Origin: Eledone cirrhosa
Taxonomy: Eukaryota
DNA: 64,000 nt
Assembly (NCBI GenBank): GCA_964016885.1
Contig: OZ024742.1
Span: 4,650,001-4,714,000 of the forward strand
Reading direction: 5' to 3'
Below, piece after piece: positions 1 through 15,000 of the stretch. A model generated the notes under the pieces. The model had not been told where the DNA came from and did not search any database. It was given only the letters and a program-made list of their open reading frames with translations. Within the stretch, counting starts at the first letter, position 1. Each line of letters begins with the position of its first letter. The position numbers were made by a program, and so were the translations under genes.

Positions 1-3000
1 AGTCATAGTTATGTTGTATAGTAGTTATATTTATGTGGTATAGTAGTTATAGTCAGATGGTATAGTAGTTATAGTTATGTGGTATAGTAGTTATAGTTCT
101 GTGATATAGTAATTATAGGTATGTGGTATAGTAGTTATAGTTAGGTGGTATAGTAATCATAATCAGATGGTATAGTAGTTATAGTTATGTGTTATAGTAG
201 TTATAGTTATGTGGTATAGTAGTTATAGTTATGTGGTATAGTAGTCATAGTTATGTGGTATAGTAGTTATAGTTATGTGGTATAGTAGTTCTAGTCAGAT
301 GGTATAATAGTTATAATTATGTGGTATAGTAGTTATAGTTTTGTGATATAGTAGTTATAGTTATATGGTATAGTAGTTATAGTTTTGTGATATAGTAGTT
401 ATAGTTATGTGGTATAGTAGTTATAGTGAGATGGTATAGTAGTTATAATTATGTGGTATAGTAGTTATAGTTATGTGGTATAGGAGTCATAGTTATGTGG
501 TATAGTAGTTATAGTTATGTGGTTTAGTAGTTATAGTTATGTGGTTTAGTAGTTATAGTTATGTGGTATAGTAGTTATAGTTATGTTGTATAGTAGTTAT
601 AGTCAGATGGTATAGTAGTTATAGTTATGTGGTAGAGTAGTTATAGTTATGTGGTATCTTAGTCATAGTTATGTGGTACAGTAGTTATAGTTATGTGGTA
701 TGGTAGTCATAGTTATGTGGTATAGTAGTTATAGTTATGTGGTAGAGTAGTTATAGTCAGATGGTATAGTAGTTATAGTTATGTGGTATAGTAGTTATAG
801 TTATGTGGTATAGTAGTTATAGTTATGTAGTATAGTAGTTATAGTTATGTGGTATAGTAGTCATAGATATGTGGTATAGTAGTTATAGTTATGTGGTATA
901 GTAGTTATAGTTATGTGGTATAGTAGTCATAGTTATGTTGTATAGTAGTTATAGTTATGTGGTATAGTAGTTATAGTCAGATGGTATAGTAGTTATAGTT
1001 ATGTGGTATAGTAGTTATAGTTTTGTGATATAGTAATTATAGGTATGTGGTATAGTAGTTATAGTTAGGTGGTATAGTAATCATAATCAGATGGTATAGT
1101 AGTTATAGTTATGTGTTATAGTAGTTATAGTTATGTGGTATAGTAGTTATAGTTATGTGGTATAGTAGTCATAGTTATGTGGTATAGTAGTTATAGTTAT
1201 GTGGTATAGTAGTTCTAGTCAGATGGTATAATAGTTATAATTATGTGGCATAGTAGTTATAGTTATGTGGTATAGTAGTTCTAGTCAGATGGTATAATAG
1301 TTATAATTATGTGGTATAGTAGTCATAGTTATGTGGTATAGTAGTTATAGTTATGTGGTATAGTAGTTCTAGTCAGATGGTATAATAGTTATAATTATGT
1401 GGTATAGTAGTTATAGTTATGTGGTATAGTAGTTATAGTTTTGTGATATAGTAGTTATAGTTATGTGGTATAGTAGTTATAGTGAGATGGTATAGTAGTT
1501 ATAATTATGTGGTATAGTAGTTATTACTATGTGGTATAGTAGTTATAGTTATGTGGTATAGTAGTTATAGTTTTGTGATATAGTAATTATAGGTATGTGG
1601 TATAGTATTCATAGTTATGTGGAATAGAAGTTATAGTTATGTGCTATAGTAGTCATAGTCATGTGGTATAGTAGTTATAATTATGTGGTATAGTAGTTAT
1701 AGTTAGGTTGTATAGTAGTTATAGTTATGTGGTAGAGTAGTAAGAGTTATGTTGTATAGTAGTTATAGTTATGCGGTATAGTAGTCATAGTTATGTGGTA
1801 GAGTAGTTATAGTTATGTTGTATACTAGTTATAGTTATGTGGTATAGGAGTCATAGTTATGTGGTATAGTAGTTATAGTTATGTGGTTTATTAGTTATAG
1901 TTATGTGGTATAGTAGTTATAGTTATGTTGTATAGTAGTTATAGTTATGTGGTATCTTAGTCATAGTTATGTGGTACAGTAGTTATAGTTATGTGGTATA
2001 GTAGTCATAGTTATGTGCTATAGTAGTTATAGTTATGTTGTATAGTAGTTATAGTTATGTGGTATAGTATTTATAGTCAGATGGTATAGTAGTTATAGTT
2101 ATGTGATATAGTAGTTATAGTTATGTTGTATAGTAGTTATAGTTATGTGGTATAGTAGTCATAGTTATGTGGTATACTAGTTATAGTTGTGTGGTATAGT
2201 AGTTATCGTCAGATGGTATAGTAGTTATAGTTATGTGGTATAGTAGTTATAGTTATGTGGTATAGCAGTTATAGTTATGTGGTATAGTAGTTATAGTTAT
2301 GTGGTATATTAGTCATAGTTTGATGGTATAGTAGTTATAGTCAGATGGTATAGTAGTTATAGTTATGTGGTATAGTAGTTCTAGTTATGTGGTATAGTAG
2401 TTATAGTTATGTGATATAGTAGTTATAGTTATGTGGTATAGTAGTCATAGATATGTGGTATAGTAGTTATAGTTATGTGGTATAGTAGTTATATTTATGT
2501 GGTATAGTAGTCATAGTTATGTTGTATAGTAGTGAAAGTTATGTGGTATAGTAGTTATATTCAGATGGTATAGTAGTTATAGTTATGTGGTATAGTAGTT
2601 ATAGTTTTGTGATATAGTAATTATAGGTATGTGGTATAGTAGTTATAGTTAGGTGGTATAGTAATCATAATCAGATGGTATAGTAGTTATAGTTATGTGT
2701 TATAGTAGTTATAGTTATGTGGTATAGTAGTTATAGTTATGTGGTATAGTAGTCATAGTTATGTGGTATAGTAGTTATAGTTATGTGGTATAGTAGTTCT
2801 AGTCAGATGGTATAATAGTTATAGTTATGTGGTATATAGTTATAGTTTTGTGATATAGTAGTTATTGTTATGTGGTATAGTAGTTATAGTTTTGTGATAT
2901 ATTCGTTATAGTTATGTGGTATTGTAGTTATAGTGAAATGGTATAGTAGTTATAATTATGTGGTATAGTAGTTATAACTATGTGGTATAGTAGTTATAGT

Positions 3001-6000
3001 TATGTGGTATAGTAGTTAAAGTCAGATGGTATAGTAGTTATATTTATGTGGCATAGTAGTTATAGTTATGTGGTATAGTAGTTATAGTTATGTGTTATAG
3101 TAGTTATAGTTATGTGGTATAGTAGTTATATTTATGTGGTATAGTAGTTATAGTTTTGTGATATAGTAGTTATAGTTATGTGGTATAGTAGTTGTAGTTA
3201 TGTGGTATAGTAGTCATAGTCAGATGGTATAGTAGTTATAGTCAGATGGTATAGTACTTATAATTATGTGGTATAGTAGTTATAGTTATGTGGTATAGTA
3301 GTTATAGTCAGATGGTATAGTAGTTATAGTTATGTGGTATAGTAGTTATAGGTATGTGGTATAGTAGTTATAGTTATGTGGTATAGTATTTATAGTTATG
3401 TGGTATAGTAGTCATAGTTATGTGGTATAGTAGTTATAGTTATGTAGTATAGTAGTCATAGTCATGTGGTATAGTAATTATAATTATGTGGTATAGTAGT
3501 TATAGTTAGGTTGTATAGTAGTTATATCTATGTGGTAGAGTAGTTATAGTTATGTTGTATAGTAGTTATATTTATGTGGTATAGTAGTCATAGTTATGTG
3601 GTATAGTAGTTATAGTTATGTGCTATAGTAGTCATAGTCATGTGGTATAGTAGTTATAATTATGTGGTAGAGTAGTTATAGTTAGGTTGTATAGTAGTTA
3701 TAGTTATGTGGTAGAGTAGTTATAGTTATGTTGTATAGTAGTTATAGTTATGTGGTATAGTAGTCATAGTTATGTGGTAGTGTAGTTATAGTTATGTTGT
3801 ATAGTAGTTATAGTTATGTGGTATAGGAGTCATAGTTATGTGGTATAGTAGTTATAGTTATGTGGTTTAGTAGTTATAGTTATGTGGTAGTGTAGTTATA
3901 GTTATGTTGTATAGTAGTTATAGTTGTGGTATAGGAGTCATAGTTATGTGGTATAGTAGTTATAGTTATGTGGTTTAGTAGTCATAGTTATGTGGTAGTG
4001 TAGTTATAGTTATGTTGTATAGTAGTTATAGTTATGTGGTATCTTAGTCATAGTTATGTGGTACAGTAGTTATAGTTATGTGGTATGGTAGTCATAGTTA
4101 TGTGGTATAGTAGTTATAGTTTTGTGGTAGAGTAGTTATAGTCAGATGGTATAGTAGTTATAGTTATGTGGTATAGTAGTTATAGTTATGTGGTATAGTA
4201 GTTATAGTTATGTAGTATAGTAGTTATAGTTATGTGGTATAGTAGTCATAGATATGTGGTATAGTAGTTATAGTTATATGGTATAGTAGTTATAGTTATG
4301 TGGTATAGTAGTCATAGTTATGTTGTATAGTAGTTATAGTTATGTGGTATAGTAGTTATAGTCAGATGGTATAGTAGTTATAGTTATGTGGTATAGTAGG
4401 TATAGTTTTGTGATATAGTAATTATAGGTATGTGGTATAGTAGTTATAGTTAGGTGGTATAGTAATCATAATCAGATGGTATAGTAGTTATAGTTATGTG
4501 TTATAGTAGTTATAGTTATGTGGTATAGTAGTTATAGTTATGTGGTATAGTAGTCATAGTTATGTGGTATAGTAGTTATAGTTATGTGGTATAGTAGTTC
4601 TAGTCAGATGGTATAATAGTTATAATTATGTGGTATAGTAGTTATAGTTATGTGATATAGTAGTTATAGTTATGTGGTATAGTAGTTATAGTTATGTGGT
4701 ATAGTAGTTATAGTGAGATGGTATAGTAGTTATAATTATGTGGTATAGTAGTTATTACTATGTGGTATAGTAGTTATAGTTATGTGGTATAGTAGTTATA
4801 GTTTTGTGATATAGTAATTATAGGTATGTGGTATAGTATTCATAGTTATGTGGAATAGAAGTTATAGTTATGTGCTATAGTAGTCATAGTCATGTGGTAT
4901 AGTAGTTATAATTATGTGGTATAGTAGTTATAGTTAGGTTGTATAGTAGTTATAGTTATGTGGTAGAGTAGTAAGAGTTATGTTGTATAGTAGTTATAGT
5001 TATGTGGTATAGTAGTCATAGTTATGTGGTAGAGTAGTTATAGTTATGTTGTATACTAGTTATAGTTATGTGGTATAGGAGTCATAGTTATGTGGTATAG
5101 TAGTTATAGTTATGTGGTTTATTAGTTATAGTTATGTGGTATAGTAGTTATAGTTATGTTGTATAGTAGTTATAGTTATGTGGTATCTTAGTCATAGTTA
5201 TGTGGTACAGTAGTTATAGTTATGTGGTATAGTAGTCATAGTTATGTGCTATAGTAGTTATAGTTATGTTGTATAGTAGTTATAGTTATGTGGTATAGTA
5301 TTTATAGTCAGATGGTATAGTAGTTATAGTTATGTGATATAGTAGTTATAGTTATGTTGTATAGTAGTTATAGTTATGTGGTATAGTAGTCATAGTTATG
5401 TGGTATACTAGTTATAGTTGTGTGGTATAGTAGTTATCGTCAGATGGTATAGTAGTTATAGTTATGTGGTATAGTAGTTATAGTTATGTGGAATAGCAGT
5501 TATAGTTATGTGGTATCGTAGTTATAGTTATGTGGTATATTAGTCATAGTTTGATGGTATAGTAGTTATAGTCAGATGGTATAGTAGTTATAGTTATGTG
5601 GTATAGTAGTTCTAGTTATGTGGTATAGTAGTTATAGTTATGTGATATAGTAGTTATAGTTATGTGGTATAGTAGTCATAGATATGTGGTATAGTAGTTA
5701 TAGTTATGTGGTATAGTAGTTATATTTATGTGGTATAGTAGTCATAGTTATGTTGTATAGTAGTGAAAGTTATGTGGTATAGTAGTTATATTCAGATGGT
5801 ATAGTAGTTATAGTTATGTGGTATAGTAGTTATAGTTTTGTGATATAGTAATTATAGGTATGTGGTATAGTAGTTATAGTTAGGTGGTATAGTAATCATA
5901 ATCAGATGGTATAGTAGTTATAGTTATGTGTTATAGTAGTTATAGTTATGTGGTATAGTAGTTATAGTTATGTGGTATAGTAGTCATAGTTATGTGGTAT

Positions 6001-9000
6001 AGTAGTTATAGTTATGTGGTATAGTAGTTCTAGTCAGATGGTATAATAGTTATAGTTATGTGGTATATAGTTATAGTTTTGTGATATAGTAGTTATTGTT
6101 ATGTGGTATAGTAGTTATAGTTTTGTGATATATTCGTTATAGTTATGTGGTATTGTAGTTATAGTGAAATGGTATAGTAGTTATAATTATGTGGTATAGT
6201 AGTTATAACTATGTGGTATAGTAGTTATAGTTATGTGGTATAGTAGTTAAAGTCAGATGGTATAGTAGTTATATTTATGTGGCATAGTAGTTATAGTTAT
6301 GTGGTATAGTAGTTATAGTTATGTGTTATAGTAGTTATAGTTATGTGGTATAGTAGTTATATTTATGTGGTATAGTAGTTATAGTTTTGTGATATAGTAG
6401 TTATAGTTATGTGGTATAGTAGTTGTAGTTATGTGGTATAGTAGTCATAGTCAGATGGTATAGTAGTTATAGTCAGATGGTATAGTACTTATAATTATGT
6501 GGTATAGTAGTTATAGTTATGTGGTATAGTAGTTATAGTCAGATGGTATAGTAGTTATAGTTATGTGGTATAGTAGTTATAGTTATGTGGTATAGTAGTT
6601 ATAGTTATGTGGTATAGTATTTATAGTTATGTGGTATAGTAGTCATAGTTATGTGGTATAGTAGTTATAGTTATGTAGTATAGTAGTCATAGTCATGTGG
6701 TATAGTAATTATAATTATGTGGTATAGTAGTTATAGTTAGGTTGTATAGTAGTTATATCTATGTGGTAGAGTAGTTATAGTTATGTTGTATAGTAGTTAT
6801 ATTTATGTGGTATAGTAGTCATAGTTATGTGGTATAGTAGTTATAGTTATGTGCTATAGTAGTCATAGTCATGTGGTATAGTAGTTATAATTATGTGGTA
6901 GAGTAGTTATAGTTAGGTTGTATAGTAGTTATAGTTATGTGGTAGAGTAGTTATAGTTATGTTGTATAGTAGTTATAGTTATGTGGTATAGTAGTCATAG
7001 TTATGTGGTAGTGTAGTTATAGTTATGTTGTATAGTAGTTATAGTTATGTGGTATAGGAGTCATAGTTATGTGGTATAGTAGTTATAGTTATGTGGTTTA
7101 GTAGTTATAGTTATGTGGTAGTGTAGTTATAGTTATGTTGTATAGTAGTTATAGTTATGTGGTATAGGAGTCATAGTTATGTGGTATAGTAGTTATAGTT
7201 ATGTGGTTTAGTAGTCATAGTTATGTGGTAGTGTAGTTATAGTTATGTTGTATAGTAGTTATAGTTATGTGGTATCTTAGTCATAGTTATGTGGTACAGT
7301 AGTTATAGTTATGTGGTATGGTAGTCATAGTTATGTGGTATAGTAGTTATAGTTATGTGGTAGAGTAGTTATAGTCAGATGGTATAGTAGTTATAGTTAT
7401 GTGGTATAGTAGTTATAGTTATGTGGTATAGTAGTTATAGTTATGTAGTATAGTAGTTATAGTTATGTGGTATAGTAGTCATAGATATGTGGTATAGTAG
7501 TTATAGTTATATGGTATAGTAGTTATAGTTATGTGGTATAGTAGTCATAGTTATGTTGTATAGTAGTTATAGTTATGTGGTATAGTAGTTATAGTCAGAT
7601 GGTATAGTAGTTATAGTTATGTGGTATAGTAGGTATAGTTTTGTGATATAGTAATTATAGGTATGTGGTATAGTAGTTATAGTTAGGTGGTATAGTAATC
7701 ATAATCAGATGGTATAGTAGTTATAGTTATGTGTTATAGTAGTTATAGTTATGTGGTATAGTAGTTATAGTTATGTGGTATAGTAGTCATAGTTATGTGG
7801 TATAGTAGTTATAGTTATGTGGTATAGTAGTTCTAGTCAGATGGTTTAATAGTTATAATTATGTGGTATAGTAGTTATAGTTATGTGATATAGTAGTTAT
7901 AGTTATGTGGTATAGTAGTTATAGTTTTGTGATATAGTAGTTATAGTTATGTGGTATAGTAGTTATAGTGAGATGGTATAGTAGTTATAATTATGTGGTA
8001 TAGTAGTTATAACTATGTGGTATAGTAGTTATAGTTATGTGGTATAGTAGTTATAGTTTTGTGATATAGTAATTATAGGTATGTGGTATAGTATTCATAG
8101 TTATGTGGAATAGAAGTTATAGTTATGTGCTATAGTAGTCATAGTCATGTGGTATAGTAGTTATAGTTATGTGGTATAGTAGTTATAGTTAGGTTGTATA
8201 GTAGTTATAGTTATGTGGTAGAGTAGTAATAGTTATGTTGTATAGTAGTTATAGTTATGTGGTATAGTCGTCATAGTTATGTGGTAGAGTAGTTATAGTT
8301 ATGTTGTATACTAGTTATAGTTATGTGGTATAGGAGTCATAGTTATGTGGTATAGTAGTTATAGTTATGTGGTTTATTAGTTATAGTTATGTGGTATAGT
8401 AGTTATAGTTATGTTGTATAGTAGTTATAGTTATGTGGTATCTTAGTCATAGTTATGTGGTACAGTAGTTATAGTTATGTGGTATAGTAGTCATAGTTAT
8501 GTGCTATAGTAGTTATAGTTATGTTGTATAGTAGTTATAGTTATGTGGTATAGTATTTATAGTCAGATGGTATAGTAGTTATAGTTATGTGATATAGTAG
8601 TTATAGTTATGTTGTTTAGTAGTTATAGTTATGTGGTATAGTAGTCATAGTTATGTGGTATACTAGTTATAGTTGTGTGGTATAGTAGTTATCGTCAGAT
8701 GGTATAGTAGTTATAGTTATGTGGTATAGTAGTTATAGTTATGTGGTATAGCAGTTATAGTTATGTGGTATCGTAGTTATAGTTATGTGGTATATTAGTC
8801 ATAGTTAGATGGTATAGTAGTTATAGTCAGATGGTATAGTAGTTATAGTTATGTGGTATAGTAGTTCTAGTTATGTGGTATAGTAGTTATAGTTATGTGA
8901 TATAGTAGTTATAGTTATGTGGTATAGTAGTCATAGATATGTGGTATAGTAGTTATAGTTATGTGGTATAGTAGTTATAGTTATGTGGTATAGTAGTCAT

Positions 9001-12000
9001 AGTTATGTTGTATAGTAGTGAAAGTTATGTGGTATAGTAGTTATATTCAGATGGTATAGTAGTTATAGTTATGTGGTATAGTAGTTATAGTTTTGTGATA
9101 TAGTAATTATAGGTATGTGGTATAGTAGTTATAGTTAGGTGGTATAGTAATCATAATCAGATGGTATAGTAGTTATAGTTATGTGTTATAGTAGTTATAG
9201 TTATGTGGTATAGTAGTTATAGTTATGTGGTATAGTAGTCATAGTTATGTGGTATAGTAGTTATAGTTATGTGGTATAGTAGTTCTAGTCAGATGGTATA
9301 ATAGTTATAGTTATGTGGTATATAGTTATAGTTTTGTGATATAGTAGTTATAGTTATGTGGTATAGTAGTTATAGTTTTGTGATATATTCGTTATAGTTA
9401 TGTGGTATTGTAGTTATAGTGAAATGGTATAGTAGTTATAATTATGTGGTATAGTAGTTATAACTATGTGGTATAGTAGTTATAGTTATGTGGTATAGTA
9501 GTTAAAGTCAGATGGTATAGTAGTTATATTTATGTGGCATAGTAGTTATAGTTATGTGGTATAGTAGTTATAGTTATGTGTTATAGTAGTTATAGTTATG
9601 TGGTATAGTAGTTATATTTAAGTGGTATAGTAGTTATAGTTTTGTGATATAGTAGTTATAGTTATGTGGTATAGTAGTTGTAGTTATGTGGTATAGTAGT
9701 CATAGTCAGATGGTATAGTAGTTATAGTCAGATGGTATAGTAGTTATAATTATGTGGTATAGTAGTTATAGTTATGTGGTATAGTAGTTATAGTCAGATG
9801 GTATAGTAGTTATAGTTATGTGGTATAGTAGTTATAGTTATGTGGTATAGTAGTTATAGTTATGTGGTATAGTAGTTATAGTTATGTGGTATAGTAGTCA
9901 TAGTTATGTGGTATAGTAGTTATAGTTATGTAGTATAGTAGTCATAGTCATGTGGTATAGTAATTATAATTATGTGGTATAGTAGTTATAGTTAGGTTGT
10001 ATAGTAGTTATATCTATGTGGTAGAGTAGTTATAGTTATGTTGTATAGTAGTTATATTTATGTGGTATAGTAGTCATAGTTATGTGGTATAGTAGTTATA
10101 GTTATGTGCTATAGTAGTCATAGTCATGTGGTATAGTAGTTATAATTATGTGGTAGAGTAGTTATAGTTAGGTTGTATAGTAGTTATAGTTATGTGGTAG
10201 AGTAGTTATAGTTATGTTGTATAGCAGTTATAATTATGTGGTATAGTAGTCATAGTTATGTGGTAGTGTAGTTATAGTTATGTTGTATAGTAGTTATAGT
10301 TATGTGGTATAGGAGTCATAGTTATGTGGAATAGTAGTTATAGTTATGTGGTTTAGTAGTCATAGTTATGTGGTATAGTAGTTATAGTTATGTTGTATAG
10401 TAGTTATAGTTATGTGGTATCTTAGTCATAGTTATGTGGTACAGTAGTTATAGTTATGTGGTATGGTATTCATAGTTATGTGGTATAGTAGTTATAGTCA
10501 TGTGGTAGAGTAGTTATAGTCAGATGGTATAGTAGTTATAGTTTTGTGATATAGTAATTATAGGTATGTGGTATAGTATTCATAGTTATGTGGAATAGAA
10601 GTTATAGTTATGTGCTATAGTAGTCATAGTCATGTGGTATAGTAGTTATAGTTATGTGGTATAGTAGTTATAGTTATGTGGTATAGTAGTTATAGTTATG
10701 TGGTATAGTAGTCATAGTTATGTGGTATAGTAGTTATAGTTATGTGCTATAGTAGTCATAGTCATGTGGTATAGTAGTTATAGTTATGTGGTATAGTAGT
10801 TATAGTTAGATTATATAGTAGTTATAGTTATGTGGTGGAGTAGTTATAGTTATGTGGTGTTGTAGTTATAGTTATGTGGTATAGTAGTCATAGTTATGTG
10901 GTATAGTAGTTATAGTTATGTTGCATAGTAGTTATAGTTATGTGGTATAGTAGTCATAGTTATGTGGTAGAGTAGTTATAGTTATGTTGTATAGTAGTTA
11001 TAGTTATGTGGTATAGGAGTCATAGTTATGTGGTATAGTAGTTATAGATATGTTGTATAGTAGTTATAGTTATGTGGTATCTTAGTCATAGTTATGTGGT
11101 ACAGTAGTTATAGATATGTGGTATGGTAGTCATAGTTATGTGGTATATTAGTTATAGTTATGTGGTATAGTAGTTATAGTCAGATGGTATAGTAGTTATA
11201 GTTATGTGGTATAGTAGTTATAGTCAGATGGTATAGTAGCTATAGTTATGTGATATAGTAGTTATAGTTTTGTTGTATAGTAGTTATAATTATGTGGTAT
11301 AGTAGTTATAGTTGTGTGGTATAGTAGTTATCGTCAGATGGTATAGTAGTTATAGTTATGTGGTATAGTAGTTATAGTTATGTGGTATAGCAGTTATAGT
11401 TATGTGGTATCGTAGTTATAGTCATGTGGTATATTAGTCATCGTTAGATGGTATAGTAGTTATAGTCAGATGGTATATTAGTTATAGTTATGTGGTATAG
11501 TAGTTATAGTTATGTGGTATAGTAGTTATAGTTATGTGGTATAGTAGTTATAGTTATGTGGTATAGTAGTCATAGATATGTGGTATAGTAGTTATAGTTA
11601 TGTGGTATAGTAGTTATAGTTATGTGGTATAGTAGTCATAGTTATGTTGTATAGTAGTTATATTTATGTGGTATAGTAGTTATAGTCAGATGGTATAGTA
11701 GTTATAGTTATGTGGTATAGTAGTTATAGTTCTGTGATATAGTAATTATAGGTATGTGGTATAGTAGTTATAGTTAGGTGGTATAGTAATCATAATCAGA
11801 TGGTATAGTAGTTATAGTTATGTGTTATAGTAGTTATAGTTATGTGGTATAGTAGTTATAGTTATGTGGTATAGTAGTCATAGTTATGTGGTATAGTAGT
11901 TATAGTTATGTGGTATAGTAGTTCTAGTCAGATGGTATAATAGTTATAATTATGTGGTATAGTAGTTATAGTTTTGTGATATAGTAGTTATAGTTATATG

Positions 12001-15000
12001 GTATAGTAGTTATAGTTTTGTGATATAGTAGTTATAGTTATGTGGTATAGTAGTTATAGTGAGATGGTATAGTAGTTATAATTATGTGGTATAGTAGTTA
12101 TAAATATGTGGTATAGTAGTTATAAATATGTGGCATAGTAGTTATGGTTATGTTGTATAGTAGTTATAGTTATGTGTTATAGTAGTTATAGTTATGTGGT
12201 ATAGTAGTTATAATTATGTGGTATAGTCGGTATAGTTAGGTTGTATAGTAGTTATATCTATGTGGTAGAGTAGTTATAGTTATGTTGTATAGTAGTTATA
12301 TTTATGTGGTATAGTAGTCATAGTTATGTGGTATAGTAGTCATAGTTATGTGCTATAGTAGTCATAGTCATGTGGTATAGTAGTTATAGTTATGTTGTAT
12401 AGTAGTTATAATTATGTGGTATAGGAGTCATAGATATGTGGAATAGTAGTTATAGTTATGTGGTTTACTAGTTATAGTTATGTGGTATACTAGTTATAGT
12501 TATGTTGTATAGTAGTTATAGTTATGTGGTATCTTAGTCATAGTTAGGTGGTACAGTAGTTATAGTTATGTGGTATGGTAGTCATAGTTATGTGGTATAG
12601 TAGTTATAGTCAGATGGTATAGTAGTTATAGTTATGTGGTATAGTAGTTATAGTTATGTGGTATAGTAGTTATAGTTTTGTGGTATAGTAGTTATAGTTA
12701 TGTGGTATAGTAGTCATAGTTATGTGGTATAGTAGTTATAGTTATGTGGTATAGTAGTTGTAGTTATGTGGTATAGTAGTCATAGTCAGATGGTATAGTA
12801 GTTATAGTCAGATGGTATAGTAGTTATAATTATGTGGTATAGTAGTTATAGTTATGTGGTATAGTAGTTATAGTCAGATGGTATAGTAGTTATAGTTATG
12901 TGGTATAGTAGTTATAGTTATGTGGTATAGTAGTGATAGTTATGTGGGATAGTAGTTATAGTTATGTGGTATAGTAGTCATAGTTATGTGGTATAGTAGT
13001 TATAGTTATGTGGTCTAGTAGTCATAGTCATGTGGTATAGTAGTTATAATTATGTGATAAAGTAGTTATAGTTAGGTTGTATATTAGTTATATCTATGTC
13101 GTAGAGTAGTTATAGTTATGTTGTATAGTAGTTATATTTATGTGGTATAGTAGTCATAGTTATGTGGTATAGTAGTTATAGTTATGTGCTATAGTAGTCA
13201 TAGTCATGTGGTATAGTAGTTATAATTATGTGGTAGAGTAGTTATAGTTAGGTTGTATAGTAGTTATAGTTATGTGGTAGAGTAGTTATAGTTATGTTGT
13301 ATAGTAGTTATAGTTATGTGGTATAGGAGTCATAGTTATGTGGTATAGTAGTTATAGTTATGTGGTTTAGTAGTTATAGTTATGTTGTATAGTAGTTATA
13401 GTTATGTGGTATCTTAGTCATAGTTATGTGGTACAGTAGTTATAGTTATGTGGTATGGTAGTCATAGTTATGTGGTATAGTAGTTATAGTTATGTGGTAG
13501 AGTAGTTATAGTCAGATGGTATAGTAGTTATAGTTATGTGGTATAGTAGTTATAGTTATGTGGTATAGTAGTTATAGTTATGTGGTATAGTAGTTATAGT
13601 TATGTGGTATAGTAGTCATAGATATGTGGTATAGTAGTTATAGTTATGTGGTATAGTAGTTATAGTTATGTGGTATAGTAGTCATAGTTATGTTGTATAG
13701 TAGTTATAGTTATGTGGTATAGTAGTTATAGTCAGATGGTATAGTAGTTATAGTTATGTGGTATAGTAGTTATAGTTTTGTGATATAGTAATTATAGGTA
13801 TGTGGTATAGTAGTTATAGTTAGGTGGTATAGTAATCATAATCAGATGGTATAGTAGTTATAGTTATGTGTTATAGTAGTTATAGTTATGTGGTATAGTA
13901 GTTATAGTTATGTGGTATAGTAGTCATAGTTATGTGGTATAGTAGTTATAGTTATGTGGTATAGTAGTTCTAGTCAGATGGTATAATAGTTATAATTATG
14001 TGGTATAGTAGTTATAGTTTTGTGATATAGTAGTTATAGTTATGTGGTATAGTAGTTATAGTTTTGTGATATAGTAGTTATAGTTATGTGGTATAGTAGT
14101 TATAGTGAGATGGTATAGTAGTTATAATTATGTGGTATAGTAGTTATAACTATGTGGTATATTAGTTATAGTTATGTGGTATAGTAGTTACAGTCAGATG
14201 GTATAGTAGTTATAATTATGTGGCATAGTAGTTATGGTTATGTTGTATAGTAGTTATAGTTATGTGTTATAGTAGTTATAGTTATGTGGTATAGTAGTTA
14301 TAGTTATGTGGTATAGTAGTTATAGTTTTGTGATATAGTAGTTATAGTTATGTGGTATAGTAGTTGTAGTTATGTGGTATAGTAGTCATAGTCAGATGGT
14401 ATAGTAGTTATAGTCAGATGGTATAGTAGTTATAATTATGTGGTATAGTAGTTATAGTTATGTGGTATAGTAGTTATAGTCAGATGGAATAGTAGTTATA
14501 GTTATGTGGTATAGTAGTTATAGTTATGTGGTATAGTAGTTATAGTTATGTGGTATAGTAGTTATAGTTATGTGGTATATTAGTCATAGTTATGTGGTAT
14601 AGTAGTTATAGTTCTGTGGTATAGTAGTCATAGTCATGTGGTATAGTAGTTATAATTATGTGGTATAGTAGTTATAGTTAGGTTGTATAGTAGTTATATC
14701 TATGTGGTAGAGTAGTTATAGTTATGTTGTATAGTAGTGATAGTTATGTGGTATAGTAGTCATAGTTATGTGGTAGAGTAGTTATAGTTATGTTGTATAG
14801 TAGTTATAATTATGTGGTATAGGAGTCATAGTTATGTGGTATAGTAGTTATAGTTATGTGGTTTAGTAGTTATAGTTATGTGGTATAGTAGTTATAGTTA
14901 TGTTGTATAGTAGTTATAGTTATGTGGTATCTTAGTCATAGTTAGGTGGTACAGTAGTTATAGTTATGTGTTATGTTAGTCATAGTTATGTGGTATAGTA

